Notes: a model not told the origin generated them from the sequence alone. Positions 19,759 through 29,705 are shown, counted from the first letter of the stretch. The stretch: DNA of 64,000 nt from a bacterium (GCA_021824915.1 JAKAJP010000013.1:1733-65732), one strand, 5' to 3'. Numbers and translations: made by a program.

Positions 19759-20585
19759 AATGGGAATCTGAATTGAGTATAACACCCGGGATAGGGGACT
19801 TCGTAACCTCCGAAGGATTTTTTGAAGTGGGTGAAACCAAGCCAGCTTTTATCCGGAAATCTTTCATCGTAAATTCCCTCGAAGTCAAAGATCCTGCAAC
19901 CCATCTTTTTAGCCCATAGTATTCCATGATAGAGGAGAGAGTATTGGGAGAGGGAAGAGCGACCTTCAGGGTTTGTAAATGCTTGCCAGTAGTAACAAAT
20001 GTCGTGTGAAGAGCGCGTGAAAATCACTCCACCTATAATTCTGCTAGATATATTGTGCGACGCAAGGAACAGGGAGTTGTTATCAGGAAAACTTCTGCGT
20101 AAATTAATTAAAGCTTTGTAGCCAGGGACAAACCTTTTGAAGTTAACCGAGTTTTGCCACTCCTCCCGAAATTTTTTGATTTCATCGGGAGTAGAATATT
20201 CTTTTATTGTTAGATTCCCTCCCCTTTTGATAGCGGCTCGGACATCCTTTTTGAAATTTCGGAAAATGTAGCCCTTGCTTTTTGTCAGATCAATTTGCAG
20301 GCTCTTGGTCGGCAAGAACGGTTTGGTTAGTCTGAATCCGATTGATTTTAGAAAATCGGCATCCAGTTGAGTTTTCGGCTCGATTATTATCTGAAAAACA
20401 TGGTATTTTCGGGCCAATCTGCGAATCGTATCAATTCTTAACTCCTGCGGTCTTTGTACCTTCAAAACCGATCCGATCAGCGGAATTTTTTTGATGAAGT
20501 AATTGATTTCTGCAATCCTTTCAACAGTCCAGCCCTCACGTTTTAGATAATTTGCGTAGTGAACAGATTGACGGATATCTATCAT
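19755..20585 (-). CDS. FemAB-like (aminoacyl-tRNA-dependent peptidyltransferase fold) protein, divergent
   Basis: 276-aa product with the FemAB/GNAT-like C-terminal pattern (SHDICYYWQAF..EGRSSLSQYSLLYHGILWAKKMGCRIFDFEG). Confidence 0.5.
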   Translation of the reverse strand: MIDIRQSVHYANYLKREGWTVERIAEINYFIKKIPLIGSVLKVQRPQELRIDTIRRLARKYHVFQIIIEPKTQLDADFLKSIGFRLTKPFLPTKSLQIDLTKSKGYIFRNFKKDVRAAIKRGGNLTIKEYSTPDEIKKFREEWQNSVNFKRFVPGYKALINLRRSFPDNNSLFLASHNISSRIIGGVIFTRSSHDICYYWQAFTNPEGRSSLSQYSLLYHGILWAKKMGCRIFDFEGIYDERFPDKSWLGFTHFKKSFGGYEVPYPGCYTQFRFPL

Positions 20586-20588
20586 TCA

Positions 20589-21560
20589 TTAAAATCTATG
20601 TTTAGAAAGTCCGAAATTTGCGGCTAGTTTAAGAGTTGGCCATCTTACTATTTCAGCAAGTCGATAGAGATAATAAAGCGGTTTATTTATAACAAGATCC
20701 CAAGTTCCCAAAAACTCAATAACACTCGGGTTGTAGCCTTCTTTGAACTTTGTAAACCCTTTGCCCTCTTCTCTTCCCCAAAGATCGAATGTTTTAAGTC
20801 CAAGCCTCTTACCGAATTTAATCGCCTCCCACATCATAAGATTGTTTGCCATGACGTTTTTATATCTTTCAGTTGAGGCGCCGTATGGATAATACAAAAA
20901 GTCGCGCCACCCAAATAGAATCCAAGTTGTAATAATTTCACTTTTATAAGTTGCAGTAAGAAGATGTGCAATTCCGGCTTTTCTCAAAGACTCCCACATT
21001 AATCTATGGTAGCGGCGAGAGTGGGTGTAAAAGCCTTGGCGATTGACGGTTTCGGCGGTTAACTCCAGATATTTTTTGAAAGCCTTTTCACTGTTGTCTT
21101 CTCTAATCTTAACCCCGTGTTTTTGGGCCAAACGGATATTGTAACGAGTTTTTGAAGTAAAGCTTTTCATTAATTCGTCTTCACTTGGCTTTAGATCAAT
21201 CCAAAAAGTTGTTGGGGTAAAAAGAGTTTTTCCGGGAACTCCTCCGTATTTAGTCAGAAGACTGACTACCTTGTTTTTGTCGGCGCATTTTATATTATCT
21301 TTTTTAATCGGATAATTCGGTTCGAGTTTGATAAAGACCAATTTGTTTTCTTTCCCAATTTTGACAAGGTCTTTGGCCATTGACTCGATCGGCATTGGCC
21401 CTTTTTCAAAATTCCCGATTTTATATTTGGTAAACGGGATTTTATGGAGTGTGACAATTCCGTATTTTGTTTCAAGAACTTCGTTCCCCCACTTTCTCCT
21501 GAACTTCGCCCAAGCAGAAGTTTGCAAAGGGTGGACCGAGATTTTATCTAAATTAGTCAT
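20589..21560 (-). CDS. FemAB family protein (lipid II peptide-bridge aminoacyltransferase-like)
   Basis: 323-aa product with the strong FemAB signature (KTRYNIRLAQKHGVKIRED; HSRRY; HLLTATYKSEIITTWILFGWRDFLYYPYGAST..NLMMWEAIKFGKRLGLKTFDLWG). Confidence 0.7.
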   Translation of the reverse strand: MTNLDKISVHPLQTSAWAKFRRKWGNEVLETKYGIVTLHKIPFTKYKIGNFEKGPMPIESMAKDLVKIGKENKLVFIKLEPNYPIKKDNIKCADKNKVVSLLTKYGGVPGKTLFTPTTFWIDLKPSEDELMKSFTSKTRYNIRLAQKHGVKIREDNSEKAFKKYLELTAETVNRQGFYTHSRRYHRLMWESLRKAGIAHLLTATYKSEIITTWILFGWRDFLYYPYGASTERYKNVMANNLMMWEAIKFGKRLGLKTFDLWGREEGKGFTKFKEGYNPSVIEFLGTWDLVINKPLYYLYRLAEIVRWPTLKLAANFGLSKHRF

Positions 21561-23400
21561 TGTTCAAGTATTTTTCAATTATATCGTCGAACGTTCCCTT
21601 AATGTCGTCAATAGTATCCAATTTTAGATCATCTGATGATTTGTAGATACCGCCGCCGATATTTTCAAGTAAATTTTCTGGAATGTCCAGAATAAACCGG
21701 CTTGGCGGGTTTGCAACTCTTTCCCCAAAATAGAGACGGGAATTGGCATAAGTAAGATATAGGATTTCTTTTGCCCGGGTGATGCCAACGTAAGCAAGAC
21801 GCCTCTCCTCTTCCAGTTGGTTGGCGTCCATTAAAGATCTGCTGTGAGGGAAAAGTCCTTCTTCCATTCCGACAATAAACACTACAGGAAATTCAAGCCC
21901 TTTTGCGGCATGCATGGTCATGAGAGTTACCGCATTTTTTGTAATATTGCGGGGACCGGCTTCAACCAGGGCCACATTTTCCAAGAAATCGTTGATGTCG
22001 GGGAATTCCGTAGCAACACTTCTAAGTTCCTTAATGTTTTCAAGTCTTGCCATATTTTCCTCCGATTCTTTTTGAAATAATGCCAGATAATCAGTTTTTT
22101 GAATAACGGCATCTAAAATATCAAGAGTAGTAAGTCCTTTAATTTCTCCCATTTCTTTTAACTTTTCGAATCTTCTTATACCGATTTTTTCAATTCGCCT
22201 GCGCGAAACCGAATCTTTGGGGTTAACCAAATATTTAATATAGGAGATGACATCTTTTATTTCTTTGCGGTCATAAAATCTGACGCCCCCGACTAAGGTA
22301 TAGGGAATTCCAGCGTGAAGGAATGCTTCTTCCAAAACGCGGGATTGAGCGTTGGTTCGGTATAAAACTGCAATGTCGGAGAACTTACCCAAATGATTAA
22401 TTTCGTCAACTACAAAATTCGCCTCATCAAATCCATTTCTGGCGGAGTACAACCTGATTTTTGCACCGGCATTTTTTTCTGTCCAGAGTTTCAAAATCGG
22501 ATGGCTTGTATTTTTGGAGATAACGAGATTGGCAGCATCCAAAATATTTTGAGTTGAGCGGTAGTTTTGTTCCAAGTTAATTACTTTTATATCCGGATAA
22601 TCTTTCATTAAATAATTAATATTTCTAAAGTCCGCTCCTCGCCAGGAATAGATAGATTGAGAGGCATCCCCCACTGCAGTAATGTTCTTTCTATTTCCTA
22701 CCAAAAGTTTTGTCAGGACATATTGAATTTTATTTGTATCTTGCCACTCATCTACAAAAATGTGTGTCAATTGGTGCTGCCACTTGGCAAGAATTTTAGG
22801 ATCCTCCTTAAAAAGTTTTACGGTTTTAATTAAAAGATCGTCAAAATCCAAGGCTCCGATTTCCTTGAGCATCTTTTCGTATTCCGGATAAACATTTGAG
22901 ACAATTTCCTGCCATTCGCCCCTGACAAAATTTTTATATTCTTCCGGAGACAGCATTTGATTTTTGGCTTCGCTGATCCCATTTAAGATTGAGGCGGGAT
23001 TAAACTGATCGGTTGAAATATCGAGCCGCTCCATAATTTGTTTAACTGCGTCTTTTTGATCTTGTTCGTCGTAAATTATGAAGTTAACGGGAATTCCAAT
23101 ATGTCTCCCGTCGATTCTTAAAACTTTTGCGCAAAAAGAATGGAAAGTGGCGGCCAGGGGTGTGTTGCCATTCGTCAGAGCTAAAATTCTTTCTTTCATT
23201 TCGTTGGCGGCTTTATTGGTAAAAGTTAAAAGGAGGGCCTGACCCGGTTTTATTAAGTTTGTACTTATAAAGTAGGCTACGCGGTGGGTCAAAACTTTGG
23301 TTTTGCCGCTTCCCGCTCCCGCAAGAACTAAAAGCGGACCCCCGGTATAGGTAACCGCCTCTTTTTGTTGAGGGTTCAAACCAGTTATACTTATCTCCAT
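21553..23400 (-). CDS. pcrA: ATP-dependent DNA helicase PcrA/UvrD
   Basis: Motifs GLNPQQKEAV, GAGSGKTKVLTHR, DEWQDTN, TAVGDASQSIY, EQNYRST, TMHAAKGLEFPVVF. The ORF track start (23445) overlaps the divergent LCP gene by 47 nt, so I take the start as MEISITGLNP at 23400. Confidence 0.9.
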   Translation of the reverse strand: MEISITGLNPQQKEAVTYTGGPLLVLAGAGSGKTKVLTHRVAYFISTNLIKPGQALLLTFTNKAANEMKERILALTNGNTPLAATFHSFCAKVLRIDGRHIGIPVNFIIYDEQDQKDAVKQIMERLDISTDQFNPASILNGISEAKNQMLSPEEYKNFVRGEWQEIVSNVYPEYEKMLKEIGALDFDDLLIKTVKLFKEDPKILAKWQHQLTHIFVDEWQDTNKIQYVLTKLLVGNRKNITAVGDASQSIYSWRGADFRNINYLMKDYPDIKVINLEQNYRSTQNILDAANLVISKNTSHPILKLWTEKNAGAKIRLYSARNGFDEANFVVDEINHLGKFSDIAVLYRTNAQSRVLEEAFLHAGIPYTLVGGVRFYDRKEIKDVISYIKYLVNPKDSVSRRRIEKIGIRRFEKLKEMGEIKGLTTLDILDAVIQKTDYLALFQKESEENMARLENIKELRSVATEFPDINDFLENVALVEAGPRNITKNAVTLMTMHAAKGLEFPVVFIVGMEEGLFPHSRSLMDANQLEEERRLAYVGITRAKEILYLTYANSRLYFGERVANPPSRFILDIPENLLENIGGGIYKSSDDLKLDTIDDIKGTFDDIIEKYLNND

Positions 23401-24478
23401 GGACAAGGATAATTCTACAATAAATTTGGAAGAAGCTTCTGGCAAAGATAACGGCCTTCGGAATGTTCTTGTTGTTTGTTTTGGTATTTTAGTTTTACTC
23501 GTCGGAATCGGAATTTATCTCTTTAAGCAGTTTAATGCAGGCTACTTTTTCAAAATTGCGACAAATTTTATTTATCCGCCAGTAAGTGAACTCGCCTCAC
23601 AAGATGGTAGAACAAACATTTTGATAATGGGAATTGGGGGAGCAGGACATGACGGCGAGGATTTAACAGATACAATGCTTGTAGCCTCAGTTTCCTTAAC
23701 TAGACCCGGGGTTGTAATTATTTCCGTTCCGCGGGATATTTGGATCCCTGAAATAAGAGCAAAAATCAATGCGGCTTACTATTGGGGCGATAAAAATACG
23801 CCCTATTTTTCTAATGAAAATTTTCCCGGTGGCAAAATCGGTTTCGCAAAATCTATTACCCAAGAAGTTTTGGGAATTCCAATAAATTACGGAGTAGTTT
23901 TAGACTTCTCTGCTTTTGAAAAGATTATTAATGATATAGGTGGAATAGAGATTAATGTGGAAAATAGTTTTACTGACAACTTGTATCCTGTCGCCGGTCG
24001 CGAGAATGACACATGCAATGGAGACGTAACTCTATCTTGTCGTTATGAGACCCTGACCTTTAATAAAGGTTTACAACACATGGATGGAGCTACCGCCTTG
24101 AAGTTTGTGCGTTCGAGACATGCGGAAGGGGTTGAGGGCGGAGATTTGGCACGCGAGGCCCGCCAGCAAAAAATTATTGACGCGATAGGTCAAAAGATTT
24201 TAACTCGGGACGTGTTCTTAAATCCTCAAACCGACTTGAAGTTGTGGAAAGATCTTAACAACTCTTTGACCCGCGACCTCGACGATCCGCACGCCTCAAT
24301 TTTGGCACGGCTGCTTTTTAATTCACGAAAATCAATAAATAGAAATATAATTCCGGACGATCTTTTATTTACTCCCCCGGTCAGTAAAATTTACGATCAG
24401 CAGGAGGTCTTAATTCCCACGTCAGGTAGTGGAAAGTGGGATGCGATTCATTCTTGGGTTTCTCAAGTTCTCAAGTAA
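23399..24478 (+). CDS. LytR-CpsA-Psr (LCP) family cell-envelope glycopolymer transferase
   Basis: N-terminal TM, then the LCP core (ILIMGIGGAGHDGEDLTDTMLVASV...ISVPRD). Confidence 0.8.
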   Translation: MDKDNSTINLEEASGKDNGLRNVLVVCFGILVLLVGIGIYLFKQFNAGYFFKIATNFIYPPVSELASQDGRTNILIMGIGGAGHDGEDLTDTMLVASVSLTRPGVVIISVPRDIWIPEIRAKINAAYYWGDKNTPYFSNENFPGGKIGFAKSITQEVLGIPINYGVVLDFSAFEKIINDIGGIEINVENSFTDNLYPVAGRENDTCNGDVTLSCRYETLTFNKGLQHMDGATALKFVRSRHAEGVEGGDLAREARQQKIIDAIGQKILTRDVFLNPQTDLKLWKDLNNSLTRDLDDPHASILARLLFNSRKSINRNIIPDDLLFTPPVSKIYDQQEVLIPTSGSGKWDAIHSWVSQVLK

Positions 24479-24484
24479 ATTTGC

Positions 24485-25900
24485 ATGAAGCGGTTTTATA
24501 TTCTCCTTTTAATTATAGCGGCAGTCTATTTATTTTTAAGACTTGGCTGGTTGGATACGATTCAATTTGGTTATGATCAGCCGAGGCTTGCTACGACAAT
24601 CGCTGATTTCCTCACAAGAGGAAACTATATGACAAGTCAGAATTTTGTTTTGGAAACCCCATGGGGAAATATTTCTTGGGGCCCGTCTCTAATTTTCTTT
24701 TTCGCCTCGATTTTCTCAATTTCGGGAAACCCTTTGATAGTATCTCAGATAATTGCTGTTCTGAATTTAGTAAGCGTTGTTACGATTTTTTATATTGGCT
24801 GGAAGTTTTTCTCGCCCAAAGCGGGAATTGTTGCCGGTCTAGTTTTGGCAACTCACCCGTGGTGGGTAATATTTTCCAGGATGTTTTATCAACCCTCATT
24901 TGTCCCGAGTTTAGTTAGCATTTCTATGCTTCTTACTTTTTTAGTCTTAAAGAAGAAACAAAGCTTTTTGATAGGTCTTTTGATATTTTCCTGGGCAGTT
25001 CTCGTGCAATTTTATTTAAGCACTCTTTCATTTATAACAACTGGTGTTATTTTTCTTTCCCCTAATATCAAGAAATTTTCATTAAGCTGGATTTTCTTGG
25101 GATTGGTTTTGACTGGTGTGATCTTTACCCCGACAATATTTTTTTTTAGAAGTAACCCCAGTAAAATTCAATCTTTTTTAAGCGCCCCCGGAAGATTTCA
25201 GACAACGCCGAAGGAAGTCTTTGTTAATTATTTCAAAACGCTTTCCGGGGGGAATTTACAGTGGGAATTGGGCTACGGGTATCAGGATTTTGTTAAAGAT
25301 AATTCCTGGGCAGAAAAGATTTTTATTGTGAACCTTTTGTTAATTTCTTTGGTTGTTGGTTATAGTGTTTTTGGACTATTTAGAAGACGTGAAGATGGAA
25401 CGCTTCGTCTATTTTTAGTTTTTTGGTGTATTGCGCCCTTATGGTTTTTGTCTCTGGTCAAGGTTGAATATGCCGTCCCCAGATATTTTTTGATTAGTCT
25501 TCCGGCCCTTTCTTTGTTGGTTGGTTTATTTGTTGATGATCTCTCAAAAAAAGTGAAAAATTTTTCTTTATTAATCCCGGTGTTTCTAATTTTATCGTGG
25601 AGTTTAACTATCGTGCGGTATTATAATTTTTTGGAAAAATATGATTACCCAAATGGTTTTTTGAGTCATTTTTCGGATATTCCTTATTCGTTTTTGCAAA
25701 AATCTTTTGATTTTATGAGTCCGAATAAACCACAACGGGGGCTTTGGGCGGTAAATTATTATTTGGACTATGTGGATAAAAACCCGGGAGGACGAGCCTT
25801 GTACGAAATCTCGTTTGATGCTCCCGATGCAAATAAGAAAATAGAGGCCCGGTATGGACCTTATACAATCTACAAAATAGGTGGTGGGGTTAGAAACTAA
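24485..25900 (+). CDS. hypothetical multi-TM protein, GT-C-like glycosyltransferase candidate
   Basis: 471-aa product with at least 10 hydrophobic helices and a soluble C-terminal domain, sitting in a glycosyltransferase-rich neighbourhood. No confident motif. Confidence 0.4.
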   Translation: MKRFYILLLIIAAVYLFLRLGWLDTIQFGYDQPRLATTIADFLTRGNYMTSQNFVLETPWGNISWGPSLIFFFASIFSISGNPLIVSQIIAVLNLVSVVTIFYIGWKFFSPKAGIVAGLVLATHPWWVIFSRMFYQPSFVPSLVSISMLLTFLVLKKKQSFLIGLLIFSWAVLVQFYLSTLSFITTGVIFLSPNIKKFSLSWIFLGLVLTGVIFTPTIFFFRSNPSKIQSFLSAPGRFQTTPKEVFVNYFKTLSGGNLQWELGYGYQDFVKDNSWAEKIFIVNLLLISLVVGYSVFGLFRRREDGTLRLFLVFWCIAPLWFLSLVKVEYAVPRYFLISLPALSLLVGLFVDDLSKKVKNFSLLIPVFLILSWSLTIVRYYNFLEKYDYPNGFLSHFSDIPYSFLQKSFDFMSPNKPQRGLWAVNYYLDYVDKNPGGRALYEISFDAPDANKKIEARYGPYTIYKIGGGVRN

Positions 25901-27044
25901 CCCAGCCAAACTTATTAATCCAGACGACCCCCCAAGCGTTAACCAAAACTGAGGCGAGGAGTAATATCCAGTGAATTGGTTTTATGCCGGTTCTCCCGAC
26001 ACCCTTAATGGTTAATAGAAGTAGGAAGGGGTAAAAATCTACTGCAAATCTATACCCAAACTGCGCCCAACCCGTTCCGCCATGCATCAAAACTATCGTA
26101 AATATGCTAATTACGGCAAGCCATAAAAACTGAGTCAACCTCTCTCTAATGGGAGAGAAAAATGCAAAAATAAACGCGGGCGTGGTAATCCAGATTGCAA
26201 GAGAATACCAGGAAGGTTGTATAAAGGGTGGGTGATCTAATATTCTTGGAAAAGACCAGAACGCGGCGATTAGCCCGTTTGGAATATAGGAAGTATTAGC
26301 AACGCCGTGGATAAACCAAGGCCTATCTTGTTCGTTTAAGATCTTTGGAAGAATGAAATAGGCTTCATCGAAAATCGTGCCAAACCTAATGAAATTATAA
26401 GCGAAGTCAAAAAGCACGAACGGTAAAAGACCAAGGCCAATCTTGAAAAAAGTTTTGAACCAGTTTTTATCATAAAGAAGATACAAAAAAACTGGAAGTG
26501 AAATGATTGTGTGAACTCTTGATAAGTACGCCGCCCCCAAAAGAATGCCAACTAAGATCGGACGTTTTTTGTTTAAGGATTCGTATAGCGCAAAACTTAA
26601 GAAAAAAGCGGAGGAAATTTGTCCCAAGTACCAAGAAGACCCAGTTGCTGATAGATACCAGATTATGTTTCCCAGTCCTGCTAAAAGTCCCGACCAAATT
26701 AACAATTTTTTATCCTTTTTGATTGTCCAGGCTGTCATCATGGTTAGTACCACAGTTCCAGCTCCAAGGATTTGGCTCAAAAGTTGTTGTTGAAAGCTAT
26801 CTCTGAACAAGAAAACAAAAGGCATTGCTAAAAATGCCGGCATTGGCGGGTAGGCAACATAGTATTTGGCTGGGCCGGCAGGAATTAGTTCCGATAGCCA
26901 AGGAGGGTTATCGGTGAGATAATACTTTCCAGATAAAAACGATCCCGCGAGTCGGGTAAAATAATCATAAGGGGTACGCCCGGCGGAGCTTACAAAATAT
27001 ATGATTAAGGAAATGACAAAAGCTACCAAGAAAATTCTTTTCAT
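25890..27044 (-). CDS. hypothetical multi-TM protein, GT-C-like glycosyltransferase candidate
   Basis: 384-aa polytopic membrane protein. The start overlaps the divergent 27001 gene, so the true start is probably downstream. Confidence 0.4.
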   Translation of the reverse strand: MKRIFLVAFVISLIIYFVSSAGRTPYDYFTRLAGSFLSGKYYLTDNPPWLSELIPAGPAKYYVAYPPMPAFLAMPFVFLFRDSFQQQLLSQILGAGTVVLTMMTAWTIKKDKKLLIWSGLLAGLGNIIWYLSATGSSWYLGQISSAFFLSFALYESLNKKRPILVGILLGAAYLSRVHTIISLPVFLYLLYDKNWFKTFFKIGLGLLPFVLFDFAYNFIRFGTIFDEAYFILPKILNEQDRPWFIHGVANTSYIPNGLIAAFWSFPRILDHPPFIQPSWYSLAIWITTPAFIFAFFSPIRERLTQFLWLAVISIFTIVLMHGGTGWAQFGYRFAVDFYPFLLLLTIKGVGRTGIKPIHWILLLASVLVNAWGVVWINKFGWVSF

Positions 27045-29433
27045 CTCTCCTATTGTATATGTTTTAACTTTCGGATTTCTAATTAGATTGATACTCGGTA
27101 ATTTTGGAACACTGAGGCTTGATCAGGGAACGTTTATTGCTTGGAGTGATATCTTGGTTAAAGGCGGCCTGTCCGGTTTCTATAATGGTTGGTCTGACTA
27201 TTTGCCAGGCTATTTATATTTTTTGTGGGTCTTGGGTAAGATTCGCGGAGCAATTCCTATTCCGGACGACCTCTTATATAAAATTCCAGCGATAATTTTC
27301 GATGTTGCGACCGCGGGTTTAATTTATGAAATTACCAAAAAGATTAAAAATGTGAAGGCCGGGATTTTCGCAGCAAGTATTTATATTTTTAATCCGGCGG
27401 TTTTAGCAAATTCTACGCTTTGGGGACAAGTAGACTCTTTGACTGCCTTTTTCGTGGTAGCCGCGATCTGGTTAATTGAAAGAAACTTTCTCATTTCAGC
27501 AATATCTCTCGCAATCGGGACACTAATAAAACCGCAGGCTGCCTTCGTTTTCCCGGTAGTAGTTTTCTTGTTTTTGAAACAGGGAAGAAAATTCAGAGAA
27601 TTATTAATTTACTGCGTCACTGGTTTATTGGTTTTTGTCGCCGGTTTTGTTCCTTTCGCCGGAGGAAAGTTTTTGCCGCAGTTTATTTACGAGCGCCTCG
27701 GTATTTCGCTCAATCAGTATCCTTATACCTCCGTTAATGCTTTTAATTTTTGGGGACTGACCGGTTTTTGGAAGCCGGACACTTCCTTGACGCAAATTGC
27801 CGGTTATCTTGTTGTCCTTTTTGTTTTTGCTTTTCTGGCAGTAAAACTTTGGAAGAAAGAAAGAGGATACGCTTTTGCGGCAGTGGTTTTATCGGCGAGT
27901 TTTATCTTTATGACCCGGATGCATGAGCGCCACCTTTTGCCGGCTCTGGCTCCGCTTGCGATAGGAGTAGCCGAAAATTCGTTATTAATAATTCCTTATA
28001 TCGGCTTTTCATTGGTTTATGTATTGAATTTGCTCTATTCATATAAATGGATTACCCAGAACTTTATAAGTATCTACCCGCCACTGGTTATTAAATTTAT
28101 AATTTTGATAAATTTGGTCTCTTTCACTTCTTTCATTTGGACTTTGTTAGATACAAAAAGGATTGAAAAAATAATTTTTTCGATTAGGAATTTTTTTGAA
28201 AGAGGAAGAAGAAAATTCGCTCCGAATTTTTCGAAAATAAGATTATCTGATAAAAAGGCCAGAGTGATTTTAGGAATTATTTTAGCGTTTGCTTTTGTAA
28301 CCCGTGTTTTTGATTTAGGGAGTCCGAAGACAATGTATTTTGATGAGGTTTACCATGCTTTTACTGCAAAAATTATTCTTTCGGGTGAGGCGGCGAAAGC
28401 TTGGGAATGGTGGAACACCCCACCCAGTGGGTTTGCTTACGAATGGACCCATCCGCCATTGGCAAAACTTGGAATGGCGGCGGGGATGCTAATTTTTGGA
28501 CAAAACTCTTTTGGTTGGCGCATCCCCGGAGCGATCTTGGGAACTCTCGCAGTTTTTATGGTCTATCTAATTGCAAAAGAGCTGTTTAAGGACAATCTTG
28601 TAAGCCTTCTTTCTGCGGGGGTGTTTTCGCTCGACGGTTTGGCTTTGGTAATGAGCAGAATTGGAATGAACGATAGTTATATCCTTTTTTTCTCATTGCT
28701 ATCCATTTATTTGTTCATGAAGAATCGGGATTTTTGGTCGGCGGCTAGTTTTGGTCTGGCTATTTCTTCAAAATGGTCAGCCATTTGGGCGATTCCAATA
28801 CTCGGAATTTTGTGGCTTTGGAGAAATAAAAAATTTTCCCCTTCAATTTTATGGTTTTTGGTATTGCCGATTTTAATTTATCTTTTGACATATACACAAA
28901 TGTTTTTAACAGGACACGATTTAACGACTTGGTGGGGAATGCAGGAGCAGATGTGGTGGTATCACACCGGGCTTAAAGCAACACACCCTTATACATCACC
29001 ATGGTGGGAATGGCCGTTTTTAATCCGCCCAATCTATCTTTATACAAGTGATGAAGTTGGAGGGACGGTTGCCAGAATCTACGCATTTGGAAACCCGTTT
29101 GTTTTTTGGTTTGGTTTAGCGTCTATTGTTTTAAGTACTATTTATGCGTATTTTGAACGAAACAAGAAGTTGGGTCTGGTTGTTTTTTCGTATTTAGTTT
29201 TTTTTGTTCCATGGGCGCTGTCTCCCAGAATAATGTTTTTATATCACTATTTGCCTTCGATTCCTTTTATGAGCATAGCAACGGCTTATGTTCTTCGTAG
29301 AAATCCAAAGTTAATATTTGCCTATTTTCTTGTTTGTTTATTGGTATTTATTTATTTTTATCCCCACTGGACTGGTTTAAGGATTCCATTATCTCTTGAC
29401 GCAAGTTATTATTGGGTCCCTTCGTGGCGCTAA
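27001..29433 (+). CDS. large polytopic GT-C glycosyltransferase, PMT/GT39 family (phospholipid-carrier-dependent), with an extra N-terminal multi-TM module
   Basis: The C-terminal half carries the PMT-type YFDEVYHAFTA and HPPLAKLGMAAGMLIFG motifs. The N-terminal 400 aa forms a second multi-TM domain. Confidence 0.65.
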   Translation: MIKEMTKATKKILFISPIVYVLTFGFLIRLILGNFGTLRLDQGTFIAWSDILVKGGLSGFYNGWSDYLPGYLYFLWVLGKIRGAIPIPDDLLYKIPAIIFDVATAGLIYEITKKIKNVKAGIFAASIYIFNPAVLANSTLWGQVDSLTAFFVVAAIWLIERNFLISAISLAIGTLIKPQAAFVFPVVVFLFLKQGRKFRELLIYCVTGLLVFVAGFVPFAGGKFLPQFIYERLGISLNQYPYTSVNAFNFWGLTGFWKPDTSLTQIAGYLVVLFVFAFLAVKLWKKERGYAFAAVVLSASFIFMTRMHERHLLPALAPLAIGVAENSLLIIPYIGFSLVYVLNLLYSYKWITQNFISIYPPLVIKFIILINLVSFTSFIWTLLDTKRIEKIIFSIRNFFERGRRKFAPNFSKIRLSDKKARVILGIILAFAFVTRVFDLGSPKTMYFDEVYHAFTAKIILSGEAAKAWEWWNTPPSGFAYEWTHPPLAKLGMAAGMLIFGQNSFGWRIPGAILGTLAVFMVYLIAKELFKDNLVSLLSAGVFSLDGLALVMSRIGMNDSYILFFSLLSIYLFMKNRDFWSAASFGLAISSKWSAIWAIPILGILWLWRNKKFSPSILWFLVLPILIYLLTYTQMFLTGHDLTTWWGMQEQMWWYHTGLKATHPYTSPWWEWPFLIRPIYLYTSDEVGGTVARIYAFGNPFVFWFGLASIVLSTIYAYFERNKKLGLVVFSYLVFFVPWALSPRIMFLYHYLPSIPFMSIATAYVLRRNPKLIFAYFLVCLLVFIYFYPHWTGLRIPLSLDASYYWVPSWR

Positions 29434-29696
29434 GCCGGACCCATTGGATAGAAACTTCCCTTTACGACGAAGAAAATTAATAAAGCTAGTAACAGAACAA
29501 TAATTATAAAATATTCGATGGACCATTCCCCGGAGCGTGGAATAAACATATCAAAAGGATAACTTTGAAAAACTTCAATTTTGAGTTTCTTAAGAGTGGA
29601 GGTGCTTATTTTGTAAAGCAAGAAAAAGACTATAGACCCCAAGAAAACTAGGAGTATTGGTCCGAGAAAAGAAAGTTTATCAACCAAGACGTTCAT
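29430..29696 (-). CDS. hypothetical small membrane protein (2 TM)
   Basis: 88-aa ORF at the end of the minus-strand surface-protein operon. Composition evidence only. Confidence 0.3.
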   Translation of the reverse strand: MNVLVDKLSFLGPILLVFLGSIVFFLLYKISTSTLKKLKIEVFQSYPFDMFIPRSGEWSIEYFIIIVLLLALLIFFVVKGSFYPMGPA

Positions 29697-29705
29697 TTAC
29701 TTTGA

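Noticed and set aside
18942-23400. Interpretation of the PcrA-containing operon as a Gabija- or Hachiman-like defence system
   Set aside because: There is no OLD/TOPRIM ATPase, DUF1837 or other known defence partner. The helicase has all the hallmarks of housekeeping PcrA and lacks a nuclease or effector domain. I kept it only as an unusual operon.
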